DNA from: Balanoglossus misakiensis
Lineage: Eukaryota; Animalia; Hemichordata
Length of the DNA stretch: 64,000 nucleotides
Direction: 5' to 3'
Assembly: GCA_040954595.2 (NCBI GenBank)
Contig: CM082595.2
Span: 7,058,193-7,122,192 of the forward strand
Shown piece after piece: positions 24,207-39,311 of this stretch. Positions within the stretch are counted from its first letter, which is position 1; each line of letters begins with the position of its first letter. Both the position numbers and the translations under genes were made by a program. The notes beneath the pieces are model-generated. The model had not been told where the DNA came from. It made no database searches and was given only the letters and a program-made list of their open reading frames with translations.

Positions 24207-27200
24207 GTATGGGACAATTTGAAATCTTACTGTTTGATCTGGGGTGCAAAGTCATGTTATTTGGTATCTGGGAGATAATTGACTTGAACAGCTATAATCA
24301 TCCTGTCTGATACCCTTCTCGAGTTGTGCACATGGTAAGATGGGAGACCTATTTGATGATAACATTGTATTCTATTTTTTTGTAGTCATCACCTCTGTTC
24401 ACAATTAATGTGTCAGCAAGAGAATCAGATTGACCAATTTGTCATGTAAACTACAGTGACACAATATTGCGTAGTGTACGTACTTTTACACACTTCAGAT
24501 GAAATGATTCTGTGGTGCTTATCTGAAAATAATCATTTGTATTCTTTTCCGCCCGAGTAAAATAATTGAATCATAGAACAAAATAATAACAACAAAATAC
24601 CTGGTACCTAAATGTTTATTTAAATATTTTTGTTGTTCTTGTGGAAATGTCATTTCGGGATTTCGCAAAGTATCTATTTTGCAATGTATCATAAGCCCTT
24701 TAATGTTGTCTCTGAATTAATATTTTTTTTTCCTACTTCTCATCATCACCAGATCATCATGCCGACACAACAATTACAATCCATGTCGGACTGGATGACA
24801 ATGTCTACCACAAGCATCTAGCAGAAAATGAGGTGCAGAATGAGGAAAGGCAACAGGCAGCATCTACAGCTTGGAACAACTGCAAACAACAGTTGAAGAG
24901 AAGAGCATCTGATGTGGTATCCAACAGTGGTGACACTGAGAAAGTCAAGAAAGTCTGCACTGAGAATTTGGGTGAAGTGGAAATAGCCAGTATGAAATCA
25001 GAGTCTCTGCAAATCACAGCCAACATGCGTAGACTTTATAATCTCTACAGATTGCGGGGAAGCGGTCTTGAAGATTCAAGAAGTTTAGCCAAGGCATTAG
25101 AACCAATCTTGATGACAGATGAAATGACAGAGGCCAACACAGCTGGAATACCACTACAGTTGACAGCAACATATGACCAAGCCAGGTTTGATGAACTGGA
25201 ACTATTCTTTCTGAACAGTAAGTTTTAATAGTTTATCAGAGAATACTATAAAACTCTCAGACTATTGATCAAACCAGAAAAAAAAAAATTCAGGACAATT
25301 TACTATGTATCGATTGTTATAACAGCACTTGATCGGTTAAATGCTCTAAAAGAGACACACATCACTCTGAAATCATAACCCCGGTAGATGATAGAATTAT
25401 TCAACAGTAGAACTTGATTTGATAAAGATTTCACAGTACCGGTAATTTACTTTCCTCAATGTATCTTTCAGGAGATGGTGGAGGAATAGGACCAGTGGTA
25501 TGTGATGACAGCATTGATGAGGAATATGTCAATGAGATACTGGCTGAGGTATGCTTTGTAATTTTAACCCTTAAAGTGCCACACCTGATCAATTGCAAGC
25601 CAAGCTGCTCTTACATAATTGTCTTAAAGAGCAATATCAGCTGCACAGGTCAATACCGGTTGTGAATCTGGTGATCGACTGTGTGGTATTTGAGTGATGG
25701 GTATTATATCCTGTGGTCATGTTTTTTATTTATAGTTGTCAAATAATAAAAGTATTCATTTCTTCCAATTTCAGATTGACAGAACACACCTGACTTTGCA
25801 ATGGGAGTTAACAGAAAAAGATTCTGATACTGAACACACTGGCCTGAAACAAAGTGAGTGATTTTACCATCATTTCTGTCAATGACAACAAACTGCACAT
25901 TTAGGCTTCATAAATATTCAAAGATTCGAAAAATACTGGCATAAAATGTGTTTTCATATATCCAAATTTTCCTTGACAATACACATTTGACTTGACCTTA
26001 ACATTCTACCATACATTGCACAGAATACCATTTGTTCTTCTGCATCACCAGTTTAATTTGATGCTTGAAAGATTAATGTGCCAAGACTAAAAACCTGATT
26101 TTGTTTGTATTTTGCAGGTGAGATAATATCCAGGTTGTTGTTCCTTGAGATTGATCCAACACGAGAAATCCAGAAGTCAGCTGACAAATATGCACCTCTG
26201 ATACTCAACAGTGAGCAGTGTAAAAGACAGAAAGGAAGACAGTGTGACATCATACAACTTACAGTGAAAATGACCAAGAAAGTTCAGCATATCCTATCTC
26301 ACAGATCTCAAGTCTTAGAGTTACTGGGTGTTAGAAGGTACCTTACGACTGACACAGAAAGGACTGATTTCAGTGAATCAGGTAATTCGCAAATATGATG
26401 CAAACAGCACATTTGCTTTACAAAGGGAAGTATGTTTGCTGAACTTTGTAACAAAAAGTAATGGGAACATACACAGATATGCACTGTGCAACATGAATAA
26501 AACTTTATTAATAGTTTTGCAATAATATCATTCTCTATGTGTGATAATTATGGAACTTAATACATGTCCAAGGTTACTTGATATCAATGACATATATTTA
26601 TCTACATTCTCCATTTCAGAGTTGGAAGATGAAGTCACACTACATGGCAGACCAATTCATCCCATACCAGCTGAATCTATCAGCTTACAAGCAAAAAGCT
26701 TACTACCCTTTGAAGCTAGTGCAAAGCATCTCAAAGAACTGCAAAAACTATTGGATGGGGCCCTGACAGAGAAGTCTAAAATTCAGACTGAGTCAGTTGG
26801 GAATAAGAGAAAGCTAGTTGGAGAAATCACTAAACTGCAGACTGAGTCAGTTGAGAATAAGAGAAAGCTAGTTGGAGAAATCACTAAACTGCAGACTGAG
26901 TCAGTTGAGAATAAGAGAAAGCTAGTTGGAGAAATCACTAAACTGCAGACTGAGTCAGTTGAGAATAAGAGAAAGCTAGTTGGAGAAATCACTAAACTGC
27001 AGACCGAGTCAGTTGAGAATAAGAGAAAGCTAGTTGGAGAAATCACTAAACTGCAGACAGAGAAAATGATTCTAGAGAATCAGTTGAAAGAAGCATTTCA
27101 GGAAAAGTCACTCTTAGAAGAGCAGTACAAACATAAACTTGCAAGTGTTGAGAAAGTAGCCGCCACACAACTTATGGATGTCATTTCCCTGAATCAAAGA

Positions 27201-30200
27201 TTGAAAGAATCAGACCCTAGACACATCCAAGAGTTGGAATCTAAACTTGAACAACAAGAACAAACCATAACTGAGCTAAAGTCAAAATTATCTAAAATTC
27301 AGGATGAGCAATCTGACACTGAGCTGCAACTGACAACTGCTAAAACTCTTCAACTGGAAGAAGATGCAACAATGGAAAATGAACAAGGTGAGATTGATAT
27401 GAATCTGCTTCGATTATTCCTGCATCAAGAAACCCTCGGTCAAATAAAATCTTCCAGCTCACATAGATTATAAAAAATGCAAGTTTTCATTGTTGTAGGA
27501 ATTAACCAAGTACTTAACATTTCATTTCAAATATTTGTAGGCAAACTCACACCATCTGATGTGCCTCTCAAGAAAGATGACACAGGAGACATATCACCTG
27601 TAACCATGGCTACAAAAGATGAAGATGAGCCTGTGAAACCAGCAGCTGTGCAACCTGAGATGGCATCAGAAGAAACAGGAGCAGAGAAAGCCAGACATCC
27701 ACAACCGGAGACAATGGGAAAAGAAGACACTGAAGCTGTGACCAAGATGACGGAAGGAGATGGAACTGAGACTGAGCAAACAAAACCAAAACAATTTAAG
27801 ACAAAGGAAAAAGGTACACCAGTAAAACCTGTCAATAACAAACTTAGAAAGTTGGAACTACATTTACATCAATCTGATGTTGGAAAGCATGGTATAGTGT
27901 ACTAGTATTCTTGATAGAGAAAAATCAGTCACAGATATCCAATGAGATGAGTAAACATTCAATGTTGGTTCAATCTGATGTTGGAAAGCAGTACGCGGTA
28001 TATTCTTGACAGAGGAAAATGAGATATTCCATAAGAAATAAGAAAACATTCCATTAAATATCAGCCAAACTTAATCAGATTAATTGACAGCACTATATTT
28101 TCATAGTTTGATCACTTTCTTTTGCAGAAGAAAAGCCATCCAAAGGTGTCATCAGCAAGATAAGGAGATTTTTTGGTGGAAGAAAAGAAACTGCTGGTGA
28201 TTCAGGGACTACAGGAAGTAAAGAGATATCTGAGGATACAAAGGGAGCCAGTTTTTCACCAAAACCTTCTAAAACAGGTATGTGCATTTCATCTCAGTGT
28301 TGGAAAATAACAGTTGAATACATGTGTTGATACTAAGGGACCAGTTGATTCAAAACTTTAAGTAAATGTTGAATCATTGGTTGCCAGACTTCTACCGGTA
28401 CTACCAAACTGCCTTGTGTGTAAATGTATAACATAAGAAAACTAGATGACATAACATTTATGGCACTTACCAGAAACCTTGACATCACAAAGCACATGAG
28501 GCAAGATGAGAATAGAGGTCTGGTCACCAACAATTCAGAGAGTTCAAAATCATTATAAGAAACTTTTCACTTGATCAAACATAAACAAAGTTACGTCAGA
28601 AGATACCAACCTTGTCAACTTTCAATTCAATAATTTTTTGCAAGAATAGATTGGCTGTCTGGTGATTGATGAATACTTTTGTCTGTAAAATATAAAAATC
28701 AAAATGCGTGCAGATATTGACTCAATATCAATATCATGTGGATTAGATTAATTTTGCTATGATCAATTCTGCAATAGCATTTGATGGAGCATCAAGGTGT
28801 ACCAGAATAGGAAAAGAAAAGCTATGAGCCAATTTGTGTGTAAATGTCCAATGTACAAGTAGGCTGATTATTTGCACATACAGACAGCATAAAGCAATAT
28901 AATATACCGGTACACCAGTGGTTCAGCCTTTGTTTTGATTGGTATGGTTGAATCCATACACAAGAAAAAGGGGTGAAAGGTTCACTCTTTGTTACAGAAT
29001 AAAACAACTGTGGTCCAGGGTGAAAATGCTCAATTTCTACAATTTCAACCACTAGCTACAATCATTCAATTTCTTCATTTGACTTTGGAATTGTCATATG
29101 TAGATATTCCACAATATCAAGAAACTTTAATTTTGTTAAGATTATAAATAATCAAAAAAGGTAATTCAAATTAGGAACTTACCAATTTTTTATCCAAGTG
29201 ACAATCTGGAACAGCCAGTGGTGTTGAAACAGACTATTTATCATGACTCATCCTAAGTAACTGCAGGTTTTCCATCTCTCAGATCATCTGAAATGATGTC
29301 ACTATATAAGTGGTTAGGGTGTACTCTTGCAAAAACAGATATCACTAAATTTCCAACCATGCATTTTACTTTCCAATAAATTCTCTAAAGTTAGAAAGGT
29401 TTACACCAATAATTTCTCAAGGGTTTATTCACAATTCACCTGGTCAAAGAAAGTACAAGCCCTCTCAGCTAAGGAGTAGATAATTCTTCTCTGTTCACCA
29501 ATATGACAATTACTGATTGAAAAGTAGACCATCTCTGGTTGGCTGGGAAAAGAAACAAAATCTTTGGCACAACAACATTACAGATAGTACATAAAGTTAG
29601 AAATACTTTGTATTATAATAGTCTGTCAATAAAATGACAGATAGGATAGCTGTTTACTTTATATTGCAAAGCAATACAAATAGTTTCAGAAATTGATGTT
29701 TGTCTTGTTGCCCTGGTTTCTTGGCACTGAAAAGCTACAAGTATAAGGTAGGCAATGATCCTTGAGACATTGTTGAAGAATTTTTATGTAAGACCTACTA
29801 ATTCCAAAATTACAAGGAAAAGATTATTTCTGTACTTATCTGTTAGGATGTGTTACCATGACAACAATACTGCCACTAAATCCATTGAGCAGTTGAATAG
29901 GAACATTTTTTATGGGTTACAACGACCATAAATAAAGTGATAATTTCAGGTAATATTTCTGCTACTTGTTTTCAAAATTAGAATTATTAACTGATATTAA
30001 CATTTTGTCCAGTTTCCATGGTTACTCGGAATTTGAAAATGTGTACATATAGAGTACTTGGGCAGAAATATTTCATGGCAATAACTCGCTAAATTTGTAA
30101 AAAAAAGGTTTAAAGTTAAATTAAAACACTAACTTTAGCACATTGCCAATGTTTTACAAAATACATTGAGGTTCAGTTGTCATGGTTACCAGTGAATAAT

Positions 30201-31515
30201 GCTACCATCATACATTTTTTCCTAAAAATAATGGACCAAAGACTTATCCCTGAAACTCAGTTCAAGAATTGTTATGAAATGTCTACTGAGTCAAAAGTTA
30301 CAAGTAAAAGATTATTTTTGAACTGATTTCTTTGAATGTGTTACCATGGCAACATCAACGATAGTACATCTATTGAATGGTTAAATAAGATAGTCTTTCA
30401 TGTATATTATAGTAAAGCTGTCAAAAAGAGACAAAGTAAATTTCCTCCTAGCTATATTGCAGAGAAAAAGAAATAGTTCAAGAAACTCATGGTTACTCTG
30501 GTTGCCATGGTTATTTGTCACTGTAAACATTGTGTAGAAAAACTACCCCTTAGTAGTTCAGTTGTCATAGCAATGATTTGCTTCTTTTGTAATATGTTTT
30601 CTCTTGTTAAAATGAACAATAAAACACTAACTCTAGCATATTCCTAATGCATTTCAATACAGCATGTTTGACCTTTGACCTGTGTTTCACCTTACAGGTC
30701 ACTGGTCAATGAGGAAACTGGACGGCCAAAGTCCAAAGCCAGGACGAAAGTTTAATGAACCAACAGGTATGGTGTTCCATGCTGACAAACTGGTGGTGTG
30801 TGACTCAGGCAACAGGGTTGTACAGATACTGAATCAAGATTACACCTGTGACAAAGTCTTGGGAAGTTTTGATGGTCAGTTTGCGAAGCCATTCCGGCCA
30901 TGGGGTGTAGCTGTCTCCCATGACAACATCTACTTCATAAATGATGGTGGAAATTCTCAAATTGTTGTTTGTGATCAAAACAATAAAATTCTTAGAATAA
31001 TTACTCTACCTGCAGGCGTCGAAGTCTGGGGCATCACTCTACTGAATGGATTTGTTTTGGTCACTGAGGTCGCAGGTCATCGGCTACTCAAGTACACCCA
31101 AGATGATCAGTATGTTGCAGAGGTTGGTGGTTGGGGTGATGGCCAAACACAATTCGGTTTCCCATACTCTGTGGTGGTCAACAGTAAGAATGTCATCATG
31201 GTGTGTGACCGTTGGAATCACTGCATCAAGTGTTTTGATGCTGAATTGAAATTCTTGTATCAATTTGGTGTGAAAGGTAAAGGTCCTGGTCAGCTGTTGT
31301 ATCCAGACAGCATTGACGTCGATGACGACGATAATTTGTTTGTGTGTGATTATGAGAATGATAGGATTGTGAAATGGAGATTTGATGGAGAGTGGATCTG
31401 TCACTTATTTGAAGGTGAGGTGAGAGACCCGGATTTCCTTGCAGTCAGCGGTGACAGAATTGCTGTTGGAGAGGATGGCAGCGACCAAATCAAAGTATTT
31501 CACAAGCAGACATAA
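21677..31515 (+). CDS. Copy B: ~1807-aa multidomain protein (3 GT N-lobe-like repeats, GT4-type glycosyltransferase, TRADD-N-like, coiled coil, acidic linker, NHL propeller)
   Basis: Manual exon model 21677-24206, 24753-25217, 25472-25548, 25775-25853, 26118-26381, 26620-27387, 27541-27813, 28128-28277, 30698-31515. All introns are GT-AG and phases are compatible, summing to 5424 nt open frame. The ATG choice and the weak donor at 27814 are uncertain. Confidence 0.8.
24753..25217 (+). CDS. Copy B exon 2, TRADD-N-like domain
   Basis: SESLQITANMRRLYNLYRL...LAKALEPILMTDE...LQLTATYD resembles, from memory, the GSL.I.V...L..L..L...L...L.T.E pattern of TRADD-like N-terminal domains that accompany GT4 domains in invertebrates. 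Confidence 0.55.
26784..27053 (+). repeat. Coding 54-bp minisatellite x5 (QTESVENKRKLVGEITKL) in the coiled-coil exon 26620-27387
   Basis: cagactgagtcagttgagaataagagaaagctagttggagaaatcactaaactg repeated five times, nearly identical. Confidence 0.97.
30698..31515 (+). CDS. Copy B terminal exon: six-bladed NHL-repeat beta-propeller
   Basis: Repeated F..P.G/D-V/I-AV ... V.D..N.R/C-I/V blades, GDGQTQF and GPGQL..P motifs. Acceptor cttacag, stop TAA. Confidence 0.93.
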
Positions 31516-34333
31516 ACATCACCATGAAATGCATGTCAACACGACATCAAAAACAGTGAAATTTGGGAGAAAATTTAGAGGCTGCGTCGATAAATTTACG
31601 ATTGATCGCATGCCATGGCAACAAAGTTCAAACTGAACCAATGTCACTTTCACAATTTTTGGAGTTATTTTCCACATTTTGAAGTAAAATTCGGAACAGA
31701 AATTAATTGTAGGTGTAGTCGCTAATGTACTGAGTGGAGGCAAAATAAACTGAGGGAGTTTTGAGTAATTTTTGCAGTTTATTTTGAGGGATTTTGAGAC
31801 AAGACTGTTTGAAACTGAATGCAATCCGTCAACTTGGCATGTAAACAATCACAAATTGGGTTCTTTTTTCAAATTTGCAAAGACATTTTTGAAAGAAAAA
31901 TAGTTCAGTTTACAGTCGCTTCATGTAACGAGTATAAACAATCCAAATCTGAGTCGTTTTGGAATATTTTTACTCGTTTTTTTGATGAATTTTGACATGG
32001 AGGGGTCTGAAAATTATGATGTGAGGTCCATTTCCCATCAGATCTCCATTGCATCCAAAAGGATGAAGGCGATTCATCAATTTATGTGTGCAAAATAATT
32101 CTAAAAACTTACCTGTAAATCGCCTGATATATATTGTATTGTAATTTGTACATATTGCCATTCTGTAGTCCAAAATTGTGGTTATTTCAAATATATATGA
32201 ACAAGGGATGTGAACCATGTGAACGGCGAAGTTTTACCGCCATGATTTGCATATCCACTTTTGATTAATGGTGTAGAGGGCGCACTTAGAGCTAGATGAG
32301 ACTAGCGTGAAAAGTAACTTTGCAGTTCTATGTTAATCAGATATGTACAGAAAGTTTGTTTTTCATTTTATTTAGTCGATTTCAAGGAGTAAAATTTCGC
32401 TGCCTGGCTGACAAGCGTTAATACAGCCATCTGATTCAGAGGCAGCAACTGAAATATCGACAGTAGGGGGCGCTATGACCATTTTTGCTATCAGGCCGAC
32501 GACTCTGGCAGTTATGTTCTCGATCGTCCTGATGTTTTGAGGCCACTGTCCTTTTGCCCGAGAGAAATATGCAACTTTGGCAAGCAAAGATGACTTGCGC
32601 AGATTGTATGATACTCTAGCAAGCTTTCTTTGTTTTAGTTGATATTTTCGTAACTAAAATGTACATAGTGAGTAAACAATTAGTATAAAGTTGTTTATTG
32701 TGTTATTTTGAGTTTTTAATGCAAATAATCACATGCTGTTTGTATTTACTTTTTTTAAATTGGTTTAAACTTTAAATGTAGTTGAATGTTTAGCTGAGAA
32801 AGTGCATCTGTATATGGCACCCTGATTTCATCAATAATTTAATGGCTGACAGTCGTATTACTATTGTTAAGTCATTTTATTGAATGCAAGAATTTATGAT
32901 GGAATTGGACGTTTGTAACTAGCATGCGTCAGTTTGCAACATATATCTACATGTAATAAATGGTAATGTGATAAATTAAACACCTGTGTGTTTGATATGC
33001 TTGCATTCATCCCCCAAAAATCCTCCTGTGTAACCACATTCATGGATAGTACTGCAAAACAAGCTAACAGACACATCTAAACCATTTGCACACATACCCC
33101 ACACAGACATAAACACTCAGAAAAACATGTTCGGTTTAAAGTTTTATTACAAATGGTAGCAATGCTGGTGTCACCAGGTTACAGTAAATCAGAATAAAAC
33201 TCTCATCTGTCATTTCAAACAAAATTCTGAATTCAGAAACAGGAAAAGGAAGCTTTGCTGTATATTGTCTGCCATGTCAAAGGTCAAATGGAACTATCAT
33301 AGTATTATTCTGTCTGGTTGATACCATGGCAATCTTCGACTAAAAAAATGTCCAGTGTCAAACTACTAAGATCATGAGATGGTTTGAAGGTAGATGTAAA
33401 ACGGTGCTTGTGATTGGTTAAGATTGGTATAGATACACATTACAAGCCAATGAAAAGAACAGTAACATTCAATTGGTTTTATTGCAACAAACACTGGATA
33501 TATCTGTTTGCTTCTCACATTCCGGCAAAAATAACATGATAGCAGAAAAAAACATGGGCTCACACATTTGAAAGTTATTTTGAGAGTTTTAAATAAATTG
33601 AAATAATCCTATATCAAGAAAGTGTCATGTGATAAATAGTTTTGTTTATTTGATTTTCACATCATTATGCTGAATCTCAAGACAGAAAACTACAGGATTG
33701 GTTAAAGGGTCGGTAGCTATATGACCATTTGACGATTTTTTCACTATTTGGTCTGCGCAAAGACAATTTCTTGGTCTGCTTGTAAAACATTTTAAAAACG
33801 CCAAGTATTCACATTGTCAGCAAAGTAAGTATCATGCAAGTGCAATGATATCATTGAGATCTGAATTTTTGTCCAGGCTATTAAAATTCACCGTTGGGTA
33901 GGTGGCTGTGACTATTAGTGTGAATTCTGGACTTTGACTTTCAGTTTTGGTTGTTTTAAAATTTGCAGTTTCTAAGTTGATTCAAATGGCCGCATTATAA
34001 ACCCATATATATGTTTCCTCTTTTACTTGGAAATTAATTCCATTCTGAAATATTCTGGAAGAACTTTATTCTGATTTTATTTCTAACACAATATTAAAGA
34101 ATAATTCTCTTGTACACCTAAAGATTACTGTTTCTACAGATTTATTTTACAAAAAAATTCTTTGGAAGAAACAGATAAAAATATCTTTGAAGTTGTTTAA
34201 GACTTCCTTGTTTTCACCCACATTCAGTGGTCTTCCTTCCCCAATTAGGTATAATGGTATGTTCTGTTTATTTTAACAGGACAAGGTTATTCTGTATCAA
34301 GGGGTAGGCAGGGTGATTTCTGAGGGGTTGTCT

Positions 34334-37300
34334 TCACTGCTGTGGTGGAGGCATTCCAAACTGAAACGCAGTAGGCACGGCTGTCTGTGTAAATTGATAC
34401 CCCCAACTTCCTTGATTTTCTTAGACTCTGTCAAATAAACAAAAACAAATGCATTTTATTCTAAATTGCTTCTATTTGCTGAAAAAGTTTCAGATAATAT
34501 TTTTGCAACAAAATCTGTATAAAGGCATATGGGAAAAGAGTAACAACAAAACTGTTTTTATAAGATTTTTTAATGTTATGCGTCTGGATTTTGGCTCATA
34601 TGTTTGTTGTATTCAAACGAGAATGCCAACACAGGTCAAAGGTCATGAAAGTGATAGTACAAAACAATGGATTCGGACCAAACCATGGTGGGGAAAGGGG
34701 TAAACAGAGAAGGGTTTGAAAGAGGGTGATACAGTATCAGAAGGCATCACAAAACCTTACCTGCTAAAGCTTTCCTCTGATCGGCCAATTTCCCAATTTC
34801 TTGAATTTCCAATTGTTGTTCTGCAGTTAAACCACTTATTAAGGCGTTATACCAGCTGGGATCTTGCACTTGTAAACCTATTGTAGAAGAACAAATCATT
34901 GTTAATGACACAGTCCCCACTGGACCAATACACTATTCGAGGACTGACATCAGTTCAAGAACTTCAAAATGGCTCTGACAAGATTTCTCACAAAGCAGGC
35001 AAATTCATATGAATCTGAAGCTTATTTGGTACAGAAGATTATATGGCTGATGATAGTCAAGGAGTTAATGAACAAATCTGCTTGATTCACAATTCAACAA
35101 TTTTACATCCTGCCATTTTTTACCTTGTAAAACTTCTTTAAATACCATGTATTCATCGATTGGACAATCTTCATCATCAAGAGGCGTGTTGTAACTTTCC
35201 AGAGCAGTTTCTTCATAGCCTTCCTCATCATCGTCAAAATTCCTGTCACCACTCTGTTGCCAAGGAAACAATAATTCTTATGCCAAAATGTTACTTGTAA
35301 TTTTTCCTGTGTCAATTACTCACTGGAGAAATTGCAATCATAGTGGACACCGCCCTCTAGAGAATATACCAGCTTTATTTAAAAAAGGACCAAGTTTAAA
35401 GTTATCATTCCAGATGTGTTCAGACAGTTAGTACGAGCGCCCTCTAGAGGGAAGCAACTGACTCACCCTCTTCGCTAACATATCCATGTATTCCTGCGAC
35501 GTCTCGTCTACTTCATCTTCATCACTTTCTAAGACTTCTTCGTAATCTTCATCCTCATCTTCATCCTCGTCATCACTGTCTCCCTCCTCTGCCTGAGCCC
35601 TACCTGTCAATGTAATAAAGAGAATGATGTTACAAGTTTTGATTGTAACAAAATACTGTAAAACAGGAATTTTTTTACAGACTTCACGATCCAAAAAACC
35701 ACGAAAATAAAAAGTTTCATAAAACAGTTTTTGAAGATAACGATGCAGTTAGTGAATTACGAGAACGCAAAAATGAATCTCCTCTTAACTGTTGCCTCTT
35801 ATTGACATGTCGAAATTTCCTGGTTTACAGTATATATTATTTTGTGTACAATATATATTCAAGCAGAAAATGCCATACACGTTCAACTGTACAAAGCACA
35901 GTGAAATTGGATGTAGCAAATATGCATACTTACTTTCATAGGCTCTGTGAAGTCCTTTGAATATTAGCAAGAGTGCTGGCAGAAACTGAGATGCAAAGGA
36001 ATTGACAGTTTCTGGTCTCGATGGCAAACTCATCAATGTACAAAGTCCAAGTGCACAGATTTTACGATCATGTAAGCTACAAACAAATAATAATCATAAC
36101 ATACTTACATGCCATTCTAAAGTCCCAGTCACTAGTCAAATCATCAATTTTGTCCATTAATCAGTTTTCATTTCAGATCATATGGAGCCAGTCAATTTTT
36201 CAACATAAATAAATTATTTCAAGCAATAAAATGGTAACAATACTCATGTTTGTAAAATTAATATCGTTAGTGTTGGCCATCATGGTTCAACACTGGTTTC
36301 ATTATAAAATTTCTTTCATAGAACTGGTGAAATGACAAACAATGATATAAAGATAGTACTGAACTCACCCGAGAAAACAGTCAGTGTCATGGAACCACTG
36401 CTTGAGGAACTGTTCAGTGATAGATTGGTCTGAGTTTGGAAGCCTCATTTTTTCTAAAATTTCTAAAAGTAAGACTGGATTGTAATAGAGGGCAGCCACT
36501 GCGACTTGTAGACACATTGTTCTGAGTTCACTAATGTCTTGACTTCCCGCGTCAGTCGCTCTAAAACTAATTCTATGAAGGATGGGATTACCTGTCGGTG
36601 AAATGAGAAAAAATAGTTAGTTCTGATTTTACTGAAAAATCTCCTGTGGCAGAGATCTTAAATGGATCCACACCACCAGTCTGTGGAGAACAAAGTTCAA
36701 CTTGTTCCATACACCCTTTTCCCTAAGTCTCTAGTGACCCGAGCAGCCATCTTGAATATGAACTGAAAGCGAGGCTAATGGGGAAACCCCCCCTTGATGT
36801 GATTGGTCAAATTTTCCCCATTGGCCTCGATTGAGTTCAAATTCATAATGGCTGTGTTAGGGCACTAGACTTATGAAAAGGGTGTATCCATGTCAGCTTA
36901 CCTGATCTATGAGTCCTTTGTACTGTAATAAAATAACTTCTAACAACTTGGCAGCATGGCATTCAGAGTCCTCGCCCGCATCACCTTTGAAAATCTGCAG
37001 AAAAAAGGCAACAGTGCTTGAAAAACAAAGTATTATCCCCTTGGGATCTGCTTGGAACAAACCACTACTAGCTAAGACTTGTCACCAGCAAAGAAGGGTC
37101 TTGACAAAGGGAGGGGGGGGGGTTGCCTCATACAGGGTACTCACTCTTTTGCAGATATTGTAGATGACTTCAATGTGTTTCGCATCAGATATAAATGCCT
37201 GTGGATCCACTATGATGTAGTTGTGAAGAGCTGGCATCATTTCTACAGCAAACAAGAACCGAATATGTTCAAATAAATTTAAGACAGGTAAGATTTACAA

Positions 37301-39311
37301 TTTTAAGACCTCAGGAAATTTTTCGAGGATTTATTTTCTGAAAGATGACAACAGATTGTGTTGAAAGGGTGAATATCTTACATTAAGTTGAATGGATGAA
37401 CTTACCCAGGAAGAAATCAAAGCCGTCTTTCTGGAACATGTCGTACATCATGAAGAAAACTTGCCATAAAGGCCGTGAAATGTGACTACACGTAAGACTA
37501 AAGACCAATGACAAAACTTCCTCATAAAAATCTGCAAGACAAAAAAATCATACAAAAAATGTTATAGATGCGTTCAATTCGTCTTCTCTTTAAGAATATT
37601 GTAAGTTTAAAAATTTCGTATGTCATTCACTTGTCTGTCAGTTCCGAGTAAAGATTCTGGCGGTCAGGAATCAACAAACATTTTCTAATTTGCGGCAAAG
37701 GTTCACTTGAATTTTTCTTCTCCATTATTGGAAGCCTACTCACCCATCACATTTTGTTGTAATATTGTTCCTATAACACTCAAAACAATTTCCTCTATCT
37801 GCATCATAATCTGTGAAAATAAATGCACAAGAACTTAACAATTATGTTTTTTTAACAGGTCAATGAAAAAATCCCCATAATTATTAGAAGAAATGCCATC
37901 AAGAGGGATGATCATGGTTATATGTTGAAATTCAAAATGGCAACTTCAGTTGCCATAGTGATTTTCAAAATGGCTACCTTGAATATACTACATTGCTCCT
38001 GGTTCTGAGACAATCGCATTTGAAACACACATTGAATGGATTATTCTTATGAAATATGTTCAGATTTCTTAACAATGACAATTATTGTTACAATTATTAT
38101 CCATTTCAATAATTCACCTCTTTGTGATCCTCCATGACAGTAAGAATTGTCTCTATAGTGTTGAGAATTCCCATTGCCGTAATGGCCTTATCTTCAGTCT
38201 GGTCTTCTGCATCTACGACCTGGTTGAAGGTGACAGCCTGTTTAACCAACAAAAAAATGGTTATTGCATTATCACATGACACAGGCTGGCAAGACAAGAT
38301 GGCGCAGAATCAATATTCAGCAGAGTTTAAATGCAGCAGGAAAAGAAATGTGTAATTCGTTCCAGAAATCTTATAACTGGTTGTGTGGGTACACTACACA
38401 ACATTTTCAGCCAGATGTATCAAGAATTTGTTGCTCCATGAAATACCACCACCAAACTATCAAATTTACCGAATCCTACGACTTACCAAATTCCGAGTAA
38501 TTTCTACAGCTATTGGTATGATGTCATCACCATAGGTACAAATCAGTTTTTGCATCACATTGGTCAAATCATCGTTTTCTGTTTCTCTGATGACGTAGAG
38601 TAACTCTGGAAAACAAAAGAATATTTTCATGTTTAGTTTTTCAGTTTCTGAGGGCAATGATGCTATTATCTATGAAGGAAAATGTCGTTCTTTTGACAAA
38701 AATTTTCATGGTTGACATTTTATCATTATACAATAGCATATAAGTAGTCAACTCATTTTACGGCACTTTTGCTGTAGCGTTTTCAAATCCCAACATTTTC
38801 CACCACCATACGGAGCACACACATCAACAAATATTTCCCGCCAAACCTACCATGTATAATATCCTTCACATGTCCCTGTAAATATTCTTTGGCATCATCC
38901 TGGTTTGTGATGAGCATCTGTAGAGCGATGGCCGCCTCCACTTTCACTGGCATTTCTTTCTCTTCACACAGACATTTTCTGCTGAGTTCCAACGCTTGTA
39001 TCAAGTTCTTCTTATCTTTGTAGTTGATTTCGCTGAAGTAGTGCAGCACCCAGTTCGCCTGTGTGAAGCACGTCAGATAACGTGGCGTGAAATCAGGTCA
39101 ATAATCATTATCATACAAGAGAAACAATTACCAGGTCCAAGAAACAATAGATAATAACAATAATTGTATATGGTTGCTACAATGAAGGATCTGAAGCAAA
39201 ATATTACAGAATCGAGCCTACCCTTGCTCTCATGTAACCAAAGTCACTGTGGAATTCTGGGAAAATGTGTAACGTTAGCAACAGCTCCATCTGCTCTTTG
39301 TATTTCTTTTT
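34334..39311 (-). pseudogene. IPO7: Importin-7-like partial pseudogene, copy 2
   Basis: Same exon series from KKKYKEQMELL to the terminal exon ESKKIKEVG. N-terminal exons are absent. Frameshift after REVKT (~36534) and a 1-nt deletion in the poly-G of the last exon (~34400). Confidence 0.92.
36709..36887. mobile_element. Fold-back MITE, duplicate of 14604-14789 (third copy starts at 63867)
   Basis: Same inverted ends atacacccttttc / gaaaagggtgtat. Confidence 0.65.

Noticed and set aside
21578-24310. ORF-track proteins of 910 and 935 aa as complete single-exon genes
   Set aside because: Both ends run into intron sequence: an acceptor precedes ATG 21677 and a donor cag|gtatgg lies at 24206. 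The tails differ by a stop between copies.
21884-27046. Antisense ORFs over the GT repeats and the 54-bp minisatellite (also 45731-47159, 51064-51327)
   Set aside because: They are shadow frames of repetitive coding sequence with no independent motifs.
34334-39311. Functional importin-7 gene
   Set aside because: N-terminal exons are missing and frameshifts are present.
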